A stretch of DNA of 64,000 nt from Octopus vulgaris (taxonomy: Eukaryota), in the NCBI GenBank assembly GCA_951406725.2, contig OX597833.1, forward strand, positions 38,192,001 through 38,256,000, given 5' to 3'. Positions 13,019 to 26,375 of this stretch are shown piece after piece. The stretch's first letter is position 1, and each line of letters starts with the position of its first letter. The notes under the pieces were generated by a model. That model did not search any database and was not told the DNA's origin. It was given only the letters and a program-made list of their open reading frames with translations. A program made the position numbers and the translations under genes.

Positions 13019-14250
13019 TACAACGGTCAACTTAAGAGTTCATAAGATGATCATAATGTGACAAAATGATGTTTATTTTTCCACATAGTCCCCTTTGTGG
13101 TCCACACACCTCTTTGGTGTTGCAGTGCTTGGATCCCATTGGTAAAAAAACTTTATGTTGGTAAAAAAACGTCAATACTGGCAAATATGATGTCATCATC
13201 ACTGCAATACTTGTTCCCAGTCAAGTGGGTTTTTTTTTTATGTTGGGGAACAGATTTTAGTCAGATAGGATCAAATCAGGAGAATAAAGAGGGCAATCAA
13301 CCAGTTCAAAGCAGCCATTGAAAGCAAGGGCTTGTGTGCTGGAGCATTGTCCAGATGAAACAAGACCTGTTTTGTCAGTTTTCCTAGGCATTTGATCTTG
13401 ATGGCCTTTTGTAACTGTCTCAGTAAGTTGACATAGTTCTCTCCATTGATGGTGTAGCCTTTTTTTGAAGATATTCAATAAACATGGTGTCACTTGCACC
13501 CCAAAAAACAGAGGCCATCACCTTCCCTGCAGTTGAAACAACCTCGTCATCTTTGGAGCAGATGAGGAGAGGTGTTTTCACTGCATGGATTGTCTCTTTG
13601 TCTCTGGCACAAAGTGATGAAGCCAACACTAATCCTGGCTTAGGAAATGTTCAAGGAAACTAGCTAAATCTGCCTCAAACAATGTCAGATTTTCCCTTGA
13701 TCAGGTGTAAGAAGAATATGATACTCAGAAACCTTTGTCATGCCAAGTTCATTGTGCAGAATATTCTCAACTCTCATGAGATATGCTAATAACATTGCCT
13801 ATTTTGATTTATTGTCAATCACCTGTCATCCATTACCATGTGGTGAACATGATCAATGTTTTCCTCAGTGGTGGCAGTTGCAGGTCATCCAGATATTGGA
13901 TCATCTTGAAAATTCTCTCTCCCCTCCTAAATTCAGCTGCTCACTTTTGCACTGTTGATAAAGCTGGAGCATCATCCTCTAATGTAGCAATGATGTCAGC
14001 ATGAATGTCCTTGGAAGCTAAACCCTTTTTCTGGGATACTTGATAATGCTATGATGCCAAATTTTGTCCATTTTCAAGAGAAGTTGCTACAAGTTAGTTT
14101 TGAAGTCTTCTTTGAACCAGCTGTCAGTTTACCTAGAAAGAAACAATGCAGTTATTAATAAGAAGAGTTGAAATTAAGGCATGCAAGATTTCATAGATCT
14201 AGCATCACTCCTTTGTAATTAGCCTATGAACTTTGCAGCCCACCCTCGTA
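13019..14250 (-). mobile_element. Degenerate full-length mariner transposon (irritans/Himar-like)
   Basis: Broken ORFs encode TAGKVMASVFWGASDTMFIEYLQK and FELVDCPLYSPDLILSD (compare SAGKVMASVFWD and HPPYSPDLAPSD). About 1.23 kb between degenerate TA-flanked TIRs (..agagttcataag / cctatgaactttgcagcccaccctcgta). Confidence 0.8.
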
Positions 14251-16479
14251 CTTTACATGGTGTGTTGTGTATATGAATATCATATGCACAAACTACACAC
14301 AATATATATATGACCCAGTTGCTGGATGTCTCCCCATCCCTTAAAACTCTCACTTGTTACCAAGCAAAGTAATATTTTCCCATGACAAAACATGAATGAC
14401 ACCACTTGTATGACAATGAAAACAATGAAACTTATTTACAAATACCATGCTTAGGTCCAGTCTAGGATACACACACACACGACTGGCTTCTTTCAGCTTC
14501 TGTGCAATAAAACTATTCACAATAGCTTTGGTTGGCCTGGAGCTATAGTTGAAGACATTTACCTAAAGTGCATTGCAATAGGCTTGAACCTCAAACTATG
14601 TGATTGGGAAACAGACTTCTTAACCATATAGGCTATAAATCAACAGAAATGGTTTATGAGGATAGGGACAGAATCAAAAGTCAAAGCATGCATTGAGGCC
14701 CTCTGGGTTAGAAGAACCCATGTTAAAAGTACTGCATTGCTCCTTGTATTTGTGGGTTTCATTAGAACCAGAATGTTGGAGAATACCATAGACTGAGAAG
14801 TAATCAAAAGAGTAGCTGGACAAGTTAAAGATTGGGTTTGTGGATTTCCTGGGCATTGTTATGAACATTTAGGAAGTACCCACAATATCTATCTCCCAAT
14901 TAGTGATCTGTGTCATCCAAGTATAGTGCACCATATTAGTCAATCAGTTTCACACTAAATTTAGTATAGTTTTATAGAAGATATAGTGACAAGCAAAGTC
15001 ATTAGGTCAGCAACACACAGAAGTGCCTAGTTGTGTGTGCCTAGAAAGTTGCATGGGGTTTTATTCTTTTTGGTGGATGAGAGTGGAGGCTCAGAAAAGA
15101 TGAGCTGTTGCTGTGTCAGATGTCATGAAAGAGAGGTGAAACTGAAAGTAGAAGTTGTGAACAAGAATGTGCCAAAGCAGTCATGGAATAAAGATGATGA
15201 TGAGAAGGAAGGCATTCTTGACTGTGAAAGAGCAGGTGCATGGTATGAGTGAGGGTGAGGAATTAAGCTCAATGGAGAGTAGTATCAAACTTGTTAGGGA
15301 AAACCACATGAGATACAAAAATTAAGTATTTACTTCAATTTTACAACAAAATCAGAATCTTTGCTGCATAGGTTGTAGCAAAGTAAAGTGGAGGTTGGGG
15401 TGAGAATCCCAAAGTTAATAGTAGACCAATGTGGAAAGGTGGAGGTTGTCAGATGTTTAGGAAGTTAATGAGAATATTAGAGATGAATTCCATTGCTGGG
15501 TAGAAATTGTTAAGGGATGTAAAAAGTATGAATTTCTTTCTGGTGATTGAGATGGCATTGATGCATTCATCTTTGAAATAGCCATATAATTCAGGAATTG
15601 GCCCTGTAAATTGGATAAAAATTTGGGCTTTGATGTGGTCAACAATTAAGTTGGCATAATTAAGGCTTGTTGGTTGAAATCATCAGAGAAGGAGATGTAA
15701 TACAGAGCCTGAATTCAGCAAAGTGAAAGAGTGTTGAAATGCTTGGGTTCAAGTATGATGTGATGGACAAAAAAATATTCTGAAAGCTGAATAATGAATT
15801 ACAAGGTGAAAAGAGCTTAGATGATCTAGAAGGGTAGAAAAAGATTTGGAGAGGTGAAGGACATAGTTGATGTCCTTGATCTAAGATAGAAGAGAAGCAA
15901 TCAAGGGGAATATAAGTTGTTTAAGATTGCCAGAGATTAGTTTGGTAGTGGAGATACAAGGGGAATTGTCAAGAGTATTGGTGTTGTGGAGGAAGTAGAT
16001 GGTGAAAATGTGAAATCTTCTGATGATAGGAGGAGATGAGCTGATGTATGAGAGTAGAGACTAGCTTTTTGTTTATACCATCGCTAGAATATTTTGGGTA
16101 GAACCAGTAGTTGCTAAGTTGACTCAGGCTTCCTTAGATCAGTGTGCCGAAGCCCTACCTTTTGTCACTATACTTCACATATCTGTGCTGATGCAGTCTT
16201 TGTTCTTGCTCACTACAACTGATTCCTCTCACCTATTTCTTTACTACCCACAAGGGGCTAAACACAGAGAGGACAAACAAGGGCAGACAAACGGATTAAG
16301 ACGATTATATTGACCCCAGTGCGTAACTGGTACTTATTTAATCGACCCCGAAAGGATGAAAGGCAAAGTCAACCTCAGCGGAATTTGAACTCAGAACGTA
16401 ACGGCAGACGAAATACGGCTACACATTTCGCCCGGCGTGCTAACGTTTCTGCCAGCTCGCCGCCATCTCAAACCTAGTC

Positions 16480-19200
16480 TACCTGTTAGCTCATTTATCC
16501 TCTATCGTTCATGCATACTAACATTACACATCCAGCAGAGCGTGCTTAGTTCATTTCTTTCCAACATGCACATATCATCTGTGTTTTAATGCCCACATCT
16601 CGCTCCATCTAGCATCATATTTTATCCACAAACAACATACAAGCTACACCTCTTTACTTGAAGAGAGAGAATCCTCTTGTTGCCAACAGAACAACTCTTT
16701 GAACTCTTTCCACCTTATCCTTACTCTGGCTGCTAGGCTTTCAGTGCACCCTCCTCCACCACTCATTAAGTTGTTCAGAAGCTTTTAACTGCTTCTAATA
16801 GAGCCTTCCAAAGCATTAGCCAAAAAAAAAAAAGAATCTTCCAAGGAATCTAGTTCACTATTGCATAGACTAGTAACTATTCGTGCAAAGTCTTTATTCA
16901 CCATTGATCTGCTTATGATCCCATTATTTCTCTTGTGAACTCATAGTACACATCCTATACACTGTACTGAGTTTCTGTCAGCTCCTTTTCTGCACATTAT
17001 CACCCCTCCCCACTTATGCAGTAAGAGTCCTGTCTTCTGCTGACTAAATCTTTCATCTTCACCTAGTTTACTCTGAGGTTTTGCTTCTGTGTCTGGAATT
17101 TCTTGTCGAAGTCATTCACAGACTCTACTTTAAGAACTTGGTTACCAGCTTTTAGGAATTCACCAACCTATAACAGAGGCACTTAAGACTAACTATTTAA
17201 GACAGTGCCAAAAACTTAAATAGTTTGGTGGTCAGCTAGCTGCATGCTAAATTCCTCAGTCAATTTTGACTTTGCTGATTGCATTCCTGTACATGTTTTG
17301 TACTGCTTTCACAAGCACTTAGTTTTCTTAAAGATAACAGATTGTGATATCTTGTTAAAAACTTTCTCCAAATCAGCAAATGCTTGGTTCAGATGGTTAT
17401 TCTTAGCTAAAAAGTTTTCTTTTACCATTGTCTTACTGTGAAAAGAGCATTACAGTTTCACACAAATCCAAACTGTATTTTAAGTTGATTCTCTTCCTAA
17501 TTAATTGTGTTAGTATTCTTTCCATTACTTCCATAACCTGGTTCATCAGTTTGATGCCTCTCCTTTGCCCTTTCAGCAGTTGACAATTATACTGTTATGC
17601 CAGTCAGTCATTGGGTATGGTTGATTATATGAGTGACTAGCTGGAGCCCTACTTTGCCAGATATTTCAGCATTTCAGCAACATTACCTGATGAATCTGCT
17701 GATCTTTCCATCTTCATATTTTGACTGACCCTTTGGACCATATAACTGGTCATTTCAATAGCTGGTTGCCTTGATGTAGTTCTCTCTTTGCATACATTTT
17801 CCACATTCAGCAACCTCTCATAATAATATTTTCAAGCCGTTTCCTCCACATCATTAGTGAGGATAAGTATGCCACTGTCATTTTCAATGTACTTTTCACC
17901 TACTATGTCTTTATTCACACCAATATACTTTGCTTCCCTTTGAGCTATGTACATTTATTGCCTGGCTTCTCAGTTACCTCATGATATAATTCTTTGCTGC
18001 CCCTTTCTCTTCTCTTTCTGTTCCTGTCTATTAGCTTTTATTGCTCTGTCAACAGTGCTATTCAAGTACCATGTTACCTTATAATTGGTTAGTATCTTGC
18101 TTCACAACAAAACTGGTCTGTAGATTTTTGCAGGTTGCATCTTAGAACCTCCCACTTGTCCTCTATGTCATAGGTTTATTTCTCCACCAAATTTTCATTA
18201 TAAATGATGCTTAAAAAAACCCACTTAACATGTATTTAACAGAAAGATGTTTCAGTTTCCACACCTTCTTTCTTCAGAATGTCTTTTGTCTCTCAGTGTG
18301 ACTCGCTTTTATTCTGAAGTTACTCATCAGTAACCTATTGTTGGATGGTACATTCTTCACTGGAGATGAACTCTATAACCATCTGCTTATCTAGCTTGTA
18401 TGTTCATCTGATTGGAAGGCAATCGAGTAGCTGGTTGGTTTCTTGAAATTTATGTTGCACATAATTCATTTGCGTCAGTGAACTCCAGAAGCTTTGATCT
18501 CTCTGCACTTTAGCACTGTAACCCTAACCACCATATACATTATAATTTTACTCAATATATGCCCATTGAAAGGCAGTGAGCTGGCAGAAACATTAGCACG
18601 CCGGGTGAAATGCTTAGCAGTATTTCATCTGTCTTTACGTTCTGAGTTCAAATTCCGTCGAGGTCAGCTTTGCCTTTCATCCTTTTGGGATCAATAAATT
18701 AAGTACCAGTTGCATACTGGGGTTGATCTAATCAACTTGCCCCCTCCTGCCAAAATTTTGGGCCTTGTGACTACAGTAGAAAAGAATATATGTCCCTTGA
18801 AGTCACTAGCCAAGAAAATAATGTTGCTTTATTATTGAGGTTGTTTGAAACATTGTCTCATAAAAACAGTCTTTTTCTTTATCAGACCAGTTCTAATTGT
18901 GGTGCATGAGCTACAAGTTGTCTAAGCTCAATTATTCTGTTGCATATTCTCAATACTTCAATAATGTTATCTGTTCATTTCTCTGCCAACAGTAAGTGTA
19001 CACCACTTAACCAAAATTATTATCCAGCTGGAAGAATTTGGACTAGTGTTCTTTGTTTGTGAAGAATCTGGCTGAAGTTTCTTTTGATTTCACTTCTTGA
19101 GTGCTACACACCTATTCTCAACAGATCTACCTTTTAATATGCTTTTCATTGAGTTTCTCTTGTTGGATGGGTTTGTCATTAAGGTCTATTTTCCACACCT
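16480..19200 (-). mobile_element. Highly degenerate RTE-like LINE remnant, interrupted by a family B SINE (18569-18790)
   Basis: Patchy similarity to the RTEs at 28290-29691 and 40130-41990 (e.g. ccataacctggttcatcagtttgatgcctct, gcaccctcctccacc). No intact ORF. Confidence 0.5.
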
Positions 19201-19818
19201 TAAAGGAAGTGTGCAATCAATTAATGATGTTGAGGCACTGTCAGACATGGTAAATGTTTACACTTAGCCATCTCACTACTATGCACAGCACCAGCATGGT
19301 ACATGCTTGTCTTGTGTACTGAGATACATGAGAGTAATAACAAATGGAACCTTAAGTACTTAATTTGGTCAAGTGAAATTGATATTGCCAACTGCCAACA
19401 GTTTCCTTGTGTGAATGGAATGACTTGCATTTCTTCAGAGAGCTATGTTGAAATATGGCAGTCTGAAGAATTGCAAGTCTTCCACATGTTGATTTTAGCT
19501 GACTAAATTCAACATATTTCTGGTCTAATTAACCATGCAACTTTTGTTATGCAACATCAACTTAGTTATCTTGTGTCCCCTTGCATCTATAATCATTCTA
19601 CATTAAAGAGTCAGACATGTATTTTTTTTCTTTTTGTGGCTGATACCCTAATAAAAAAGGTTTATTTTATCATTTCAATCTTGTAACCAATTGCTGAAGC
19701 TGATATTGTTGATTGCCAATTTAAATTATTTTTGAGATATTTAACAGAATCTTATGATATTGAAATCTGTTTCTTCTTGTGTATTAACAAAACTTTGTTG
19801 TTGTTTTTCTTTATACAG

Positions 19819-19921
19819 ATTGTGAAAGCTAATTGGATGCAGGGTAGAGATCGTCAAGGCCTGTGTGTAATCGCTCCCACGTACCTCACTGATGCCATAT
19901 CTCCAGCTTTTATCATAGATG
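19819..19921 (+). CDS. NCSTN: Nicastrin coding exon (ectodomain)
   Basis: Acceptor tttatacag|ATT and donor G|gtaata. 103 nt, phase 0 to 1. Encodes IVKANWMQGRDRQGLCVIAPTYLTDAISPAFIID vs human YSWVQG...RCVRSTARLARALSPAFEL. Confidence 0.93.
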
Positions 19922-21820
19922 GTAATATCCCTTTCATAAATCATTGATCTCTCTATGTATAGGGTTAATTGTTATCATGTTACTGTTGCTGTCTTACTCT
20001 ATTTTTCATTCTCTAACTGTCAATATTTATCTCTCTTATGCATTCACTCAGTCACATACACATTCGTCACCCACATATTCTTGCTCTTCTTTCCTCTTTG
20101 TTTCTCTTGCTTCCTCCTTTTCTTTCTCCTCTGTATCTCTATTTTTCTTTCTTCCCTTCTTTTCTGTCTTTGTGACCATTGGTTAGAATGCTTGTGGTAT
20201 TTTTCAGGTTTCTTTGCTCTGTGTTCAAATTACACAGTTCTTTCTAGGTTGATAAATAAAGCATCACTTCAAAATAGCTAATTGGCAAAAATGCTAAACT
20301 GTTGGACAAGATGCCTTGCTTTAGCTGTTCTGGCTGTTTGCATTTCTGAGTTCAAATTCCACCTCCTATCACCAGTCTCCTTGTAGCAAGAAACAGGTCA
20401 TCAGAACCTGGGTAATTGTGATAGGACTCCAATGTGGATGAATCAACAGCTCAGTTGCATTGATATGAAAACAAGCAAACCCTTCAGTTGAACAGGAAAA
20501 AAATTATACAGGATTTGTGATGATGGCAGCAGTGGCAGTAGTGCAGTTGCTACTGTTTCTGATTTCAGCACTAGACCAGCTATTTTGATGGGAGGAGGGA
20601 TAGTTAATATTCTTGTTTCCAGTACATGACTGGTTTATTTTATTGACTCCAGCAGGATGAAAGGCAAAATTGTTTGTAACAGAATTAGCACTCGAAATAT
20701 AAAGAACCTGAAAAAATATTGTAAAGCATTTTTTTCTGATACCATAAGACCAATAATTTTGAAGGTAGGGAATTAGTTGGTATCATTGACCCCAGCACTT
20801 GATTAGTACATTATTTTATCGACTTCAAAAGATGAAAGGCAAAATCGACTTCTTTGAAATTTGAACTAAGAATGTAAAGAATTGGAACAAACACCAGAAA
20901 ACATTTTTTTGCAACACTAACAGTTCTGCCAGTCCACCTACTTGTAATCATCATCATCATTATGTTTTGTATGCTGCCATGAGTTGGATGGCTTGACAGG
21001 GCTGGTAAGCTAGAGGGATGCACCAGGCCCCAGTTGTCTGTTTTGGTATGGTATCTACAGCTGGATGCCCTTCCTAACACTAACCACTTTACAGTGTATT
21101 GGGTGCTTTTTACATGGCACTGGCATGATAGTTACTTTTACGTGGTGCCAGCATGGGTGGTTTCTATGTCTCTGGCATGGATGTTTTATTACATGCCACT
21201 GGCATTAGTGCTCTTTTATGTGGTGCTGGCACAGGAGCTCTGTGCGTGGTGTCAGCACAAGCGCTTGATTTTACTTACTTTGACATGTCTTCTCAAGCAC
21301 AGCAAACTGCCAGGAGTTTCAGTCCCTTGTCATCTCCAAATATTTTTAAAGTAGGTACAAGGCCATAAAAAGGCAAAGATGACCTCTGCAGGATTTGAAC
21401 TCAGAACAAAAAGAGCAGGAACAAATATACAAAGGCATTTTGCCTGATACTCTAATGATGCTGCTAATCCACTGTCCTTTTTTAATTTCTAAGTTAGGCA
21501 CAAAGTCAGCAAGGAAAGTTGAGGAGCTAGTTAATTCCATCAGCCCCTAGTACATGATGGGTAATATATTTTATTGATTCTGAAAAGATGAATGACATTG
21601 TTAACCTTGGTGGAATTTGAACTCAAAATGTAAGGGCTGGAAAAAATATCTCATGACTTTTTTGTCTGATGTTCCATCAATTTTGCTAATCCACCATCAT
21701 CCTCACTTGAAAATTTAAGTACTGGGGTTGTTTTGTTTGATTAAAGTTCTCCCAGGTCGTACACCAACATGGCTGCAGTCTAATGACTGAAACATGTAAA
21801 AAATTGAATTGAAAAAAGTT

Positions 21821-21952
<132 letters not shown>

Positions 21953-22557
21953 GGCTTCTTTCAGTTTCCATCTACCAAATCCATCCACACGGCCTTTGTC
22001 AGTTGGGCTACTTGCTCAAGGTGCCACATGGTTGGGAAACATGCTCATTAACAATACAACCACATCTGTTTGATGATGATGGTGGTTTCAGATTTTGGCA
22101 TAAGGCCAGCAGTTTCGGGGTAGGGGCAAAGTCAGTTAAATTGACCCCAATGTTCAACTGGTACTTATTTTATTAACCCCTAAAAGGGACGAAAGGCAAA
22201 GTCAACCTCAGCAGAATTTGGACTCAGAATGTAAAGTCAGATGAAATGCCACTAAGCATTTTTCCTGATGTGCGATTCTGTTAGTAATGTTGGTAATGAT
22301 AACAGTCATCTTTTGGTACAAGATCATAAATTTGTTAGCATTGACCTGGGATCTAACTAAATACTGGCTCTGCCATTCACCACCCACTTTTCTAAATATT
22401 ACTTCTAATACTAATAATGATAAATCCTCCTTCTAATATGACTGCTACTACTACTACTAATGATAATCATTTCTACCACAGGCACAAGGCTTGAAATTTT
22501 TGAGGGAGGGGCTTAGTCATTTACAACTGGTATTTATTTTATCATCCCTGAAAAGAT

Positions 22558-23266
22558 CCTGGTGAAAAGCTTGTCTGGGATGGAGAGGTGGGTGATGCCC
22601 CTGCGGTTGCTGCAGATGAGTTTGTCAGCTTCATCTACCTGGGCTCCACAGTCACCAACAATGGAGACCTGCTCCTGGAGATCACCTGCAGATGTGGTCT
22701 GGCCACTGGGGTTTTTTACTCTTATGGAAGCCCCTCTGGCACCACTGCTCTGTCTTCCTGAAGACAGAGCTCTGCATCTATGATGTATTGATCCTCTCCA
22801 TTCTCCTCTATGGAGTAGAGACATGGCTTCTCTTGAAGACCCTGGCAAAGAGGATTGATGGTTTTGATAGAGCCTTGAGAACCATCGAGAACAGCAGATG
22901 GTGCCATCACATTTCCAACAAAGAAAACATCAGCTAACAGTCTCCCATCTCATAGCTATCTGTTGCATATGTTAGTATGGACATGACCTCTGTCTCTTGC
23001 TATTCATTCTACCAGAGTTTTACTCTCATTTGATGCAATTGTTGTGTGCTAGAAGAGACCACATAGAAGGCCCTGCACCAGATGGCTGGACATAATTGGG
23101 GAAGATCTCCAGAGGCTTGATGTCACATTGGTGGACGTAGAGGGATTGGCATGGGGCCACCAGCAGTGGAGAGCACTGGTCGACCTGGTTGGCTCTATGC
23201 ATGATGATGCCTCTGGGACCTGTAACTTGGAATGACCCTAGCCCCATCAAGCAAGAGCATGACCTA
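22558..23266 (+). mobile_element. 5'-truncated RTE-clade LINE with 11-bp TSD, nested in a family B SINE
   Basis: Encodes FIYLGSTVTNNGD and ILSILLYGVETWLLLKTLAKRIDGFD (RTE C-terminal motifs). Flanked by CCTGAAAAGAT at 22547-22557 and 23267-23277. Confidence 0.85.
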
Positions 23267-23459
23267 CCTGAAAAGATGAATGGCAAAGTTCACCTTGGTG
23301 GAACAAAAACTGGAAGAAATGTCATTAAGTATTTTGTCGGGCATGGTAACAACTCTACCAGCTCACTGCTTTACTACTAATAATAATAATGCCTTAATGA
23401 TTGTTTGTATGTCTTTCTCACTCACATCTTCCTTTTATCTCTCTTTCTTTTCTCCAAAG

Positions 23460-23563
23460 ACTACGATTGGTTGTCCGGTAAATATTCTACTTGGACTGAG
23501 AGTATTTGGGACAATGATGCAATGTCTGTACGTGTTTTTCTGGTTCCCAGTAATAAACTACAG
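23460..23563 (+). CDS. NCSTN: Nicastrin coding exon (juxtamembrane ectodomain, YSTWTES motif)
   Basis: Long pyrimidine tract then ccaaag|AC, donor CAG|gtatgg. Phase 1 to 0. Encodes DYDWLSGKYSTWTESIWDNDAMSVRVFLVPSNKLQ vs human [30 protein letters not shown], a diagnostic nicastrin motif. Confidence 0.96.
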
Positions 23564-23831
23564 GTATGGTTTCACCAGTCTTTGATCTCTTCAAAAATGT
23601 CTTCACATGATTTGATTTTTTTTCACTGTTCTCTTCTTCTTTGTTTAAATTTACAATATTAGTTTATTATTGCTGTTTTAATTTTACAGGAGTGCTGAAT
23701 ATGTTGTGGATAGAGAAATCATTGTGCTGACTCACACACTGTTGTTAATAATAATAATAATAATATTATTCATTTTATATTTATGGCTTTGTTTTTCAAG
23801 ATTCCTGGTGTGAAATTGTGTGTTGAAACAG

Positions 23832-24140
23832 ATATTATTATATTTTGGGATGATGGTCACTTTTTTTTTGCCAAATTAACACACGCACTATATATTAGTT
23901 CTTCACTTCAGATTTATTTTTTTATTGTTCTTGTTTTATGTCCTTTGAGAACAAGAGGTGACCCATGAGATGGAGAGAGTTGCTGAAGAGGTTACAGGAT
24001 GTGTGACAAAAGATTTCCAAAGAAAGGACATAAAATAAGAACAATAATAAAATAAATCTGAAGTGAAGAGGAATATATAGTATGTATTTATTTGGCACAA
24101 GAAGAGAAAAAAATTACCATCCCAAATATAACAATAATAT
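23832..24140. repeat. Long inverted repeat (about 115-bp arms, about 76-bp spacer)
   Basis: Left arm ..cttcacttcagatttattttttattgttcttgttttatgtccttt pairs with right arm aaaggacataaaataagaacaataataaaataaatctgaagtgaag.. Confidence 0.85.
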
Positions 24141-24162
24141 TAGTATTAACAATTTTATATAA

Positions 24163-24452
24163 GCATGCATGGTCTAGTGGTTTGGGTGTTGCACTCATGA
24201 TTGCTAGATTGTGGGTTTGATTCCTGGACTGAGTGGCGCATTGTTTTTGAGCAAAACACTTCATTTCATGTTGCTCTGTGATCATTTCATCTGACTTGTG
24301 GCACACTTGTGCACCTGTTCAGGCAATGTCGATTTGATGGTGAGAGTGAGCTAATGTACAACACGTACATTTGATCACTATAAACAAATCATTTGTGCAG
24401 GTCGTTCAGTCAAGCTAAACCCTCATACATCATCTTTGATGGGAGATTTCAT
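24163..24452 (+). mobile_element. tRNA-derived SINE (third family)
   Basis: Head tggtctagtgg..ggtttgattcc, core ttgagcaaaacacttcattt. Reverse-strand relative near 46085-46350. Confidence 0.7.
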
Positions 24453-26301
24453 CATAAAGGCAGAGATACATTTTGAATGAGGTATTATCAATAGAATGTG
24501 TTTAGTCTTCTACTCTACTTTTGGAATTACCTAAACTTTTTACAATGAAGATGATAGCCATTCTTAATGAGCTACAGGTCTAAATTTTCCAAGAACAGAA
24601 TATAACTGATTGAAATGGCTTTATTAACTACAAATTTTTACTCTAAAAATTAACTCTAGCAGGATTTGATTTGAACTCCAAGTATGAAAGATCATAACTA
24701 AATACTGCAAGGCATTTAGTCTGGCACTTTTGTACTGATTCTGGTGTCCGTCGACCTTATTAATAATGTAAAATAACATTATTATTTGCATGTATAATAT
24801 ATGCGTGTATGTACTTGCATATATATGTGTTGTGGTTGTTTTTAGTCCCGTATCGTGAAGTGGAGTGGGTTTAGTTAATATAGTAACAACTAACTTGATT
24901 GTTGGTTTCAAACCTGCACTGTAATATCTAGAGAGGCCATGTCTAGTGATGCACAACTAATGTCCCCCACCTCTCGGTAAAAAAACCCAATTAAGTACAT
25001 TGTGGATGGATATATATATATAATCATCATTTAACGTCTGCTTTCCATGCTGACGTGGGTTGTTTTTTTTTCTGTGCTTGCATGGGTTTGGTGAATATTC
25101 TCTAGTACAGCTTTTAGCCATTTGTCACAATCTTTTGTGATCTCTGTCTTGAGGTTCAACCTCTTATTTCTTTATTGCCCACAAGGGGCTAAACATAGAG
25201 GGGACAAACAAGGACAGACAAAGGGATTAAGTCAATTACATCTACCCCAGTGCGTAACTGGTGTTTAATTTATCAACCCCGAAAGGATGAAAGGCAAAGT
25301 TGACCTTGGCGGAATTTGAACTCAGAACATAACGGCATTGAAATACCGCTAAGCATTTTGCCCGGCATGCTAACGTTTCTGCCAGTTCGCAACCTCTTGG
25401 GAGCAGTCTTCACCACTTTGTCCCATATCTTTCTTGGTTTTAATCTTTCATTGGTTCTGTCCATTTGGAACATTTGACATTTCTTTACACAACTTACCTA
25501 CTCCATATGTATCACTTGTCTTAACAATGGCATCTTATTGCCACATTTTTGTTATATGCATTAAGAGATCATATGAATGATGGTATAACTAAATTAAAAC
25601 ATGATTGCCAGATATAGATCTGTTTAAGAGGGAAATCCAGGTTATTTTTGTAGTTTATTTCACTTGTGCTGTGTCAGTTTGATCTTTTTGTTCTTATTTT
25701 GCTATTGATAAAGCTTCTACTGCTTATCTTCTGGCTTTTCTTTTTTTAGAGATCCTATGTAGGCAGTGTTGCTATCCAGTTTTTTTATTTGTGTTATAAT
25801 GGCTCCTTGTAAAAGAGTGGTCACATCTAGCCCAAATATTCTATCTGTTTTACTGACTAGATTCAGCCTCTCACACCTACCATGTAATGTCATTCTAAAA
25901 ATAAAGTGTCACATCATTGAAATCCCAAAGTTGTGAAATAATGCATGGTTGATTCAAACCAATGTGAATGGATAAGCATTTCTTTTGACAGTAATCTGAA
26001 TTCAAGCTGTCAAATGGCTAGAACAACTTTTCCACAATTAATTGTTTTAGTTTCGACTCAAGGTCTCAGATCAAGTCGCTTGCCAAACAAGTACAGTTCA
26101 AGCCATTTTGGGTGTCTTCTACTTTAGCCCTGAGCCATCTCAGTGGATTTGGTAACAGAAACTAAGAGAACCCATTCTGTGTGGATTGGGTAAACAGAAA
26201 CTGAATGAAACTTGTCGTATATATATACATTTATATGTATGTATATATGTATGTATATATATACTTATGTATATATATATATTTGTGTGTGTATATATTT
26301 A

Positions 26302-26353
<52 letters not shown>

Positions 26354-26375
26354 AATATATACATATATTTTCTGT

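Noticed and set aside
14700-16000. Purine-rich stretch with short ORFs
   Set aside because: Probably a highly decayed antisense LINE; the motifs are too eroded to call.
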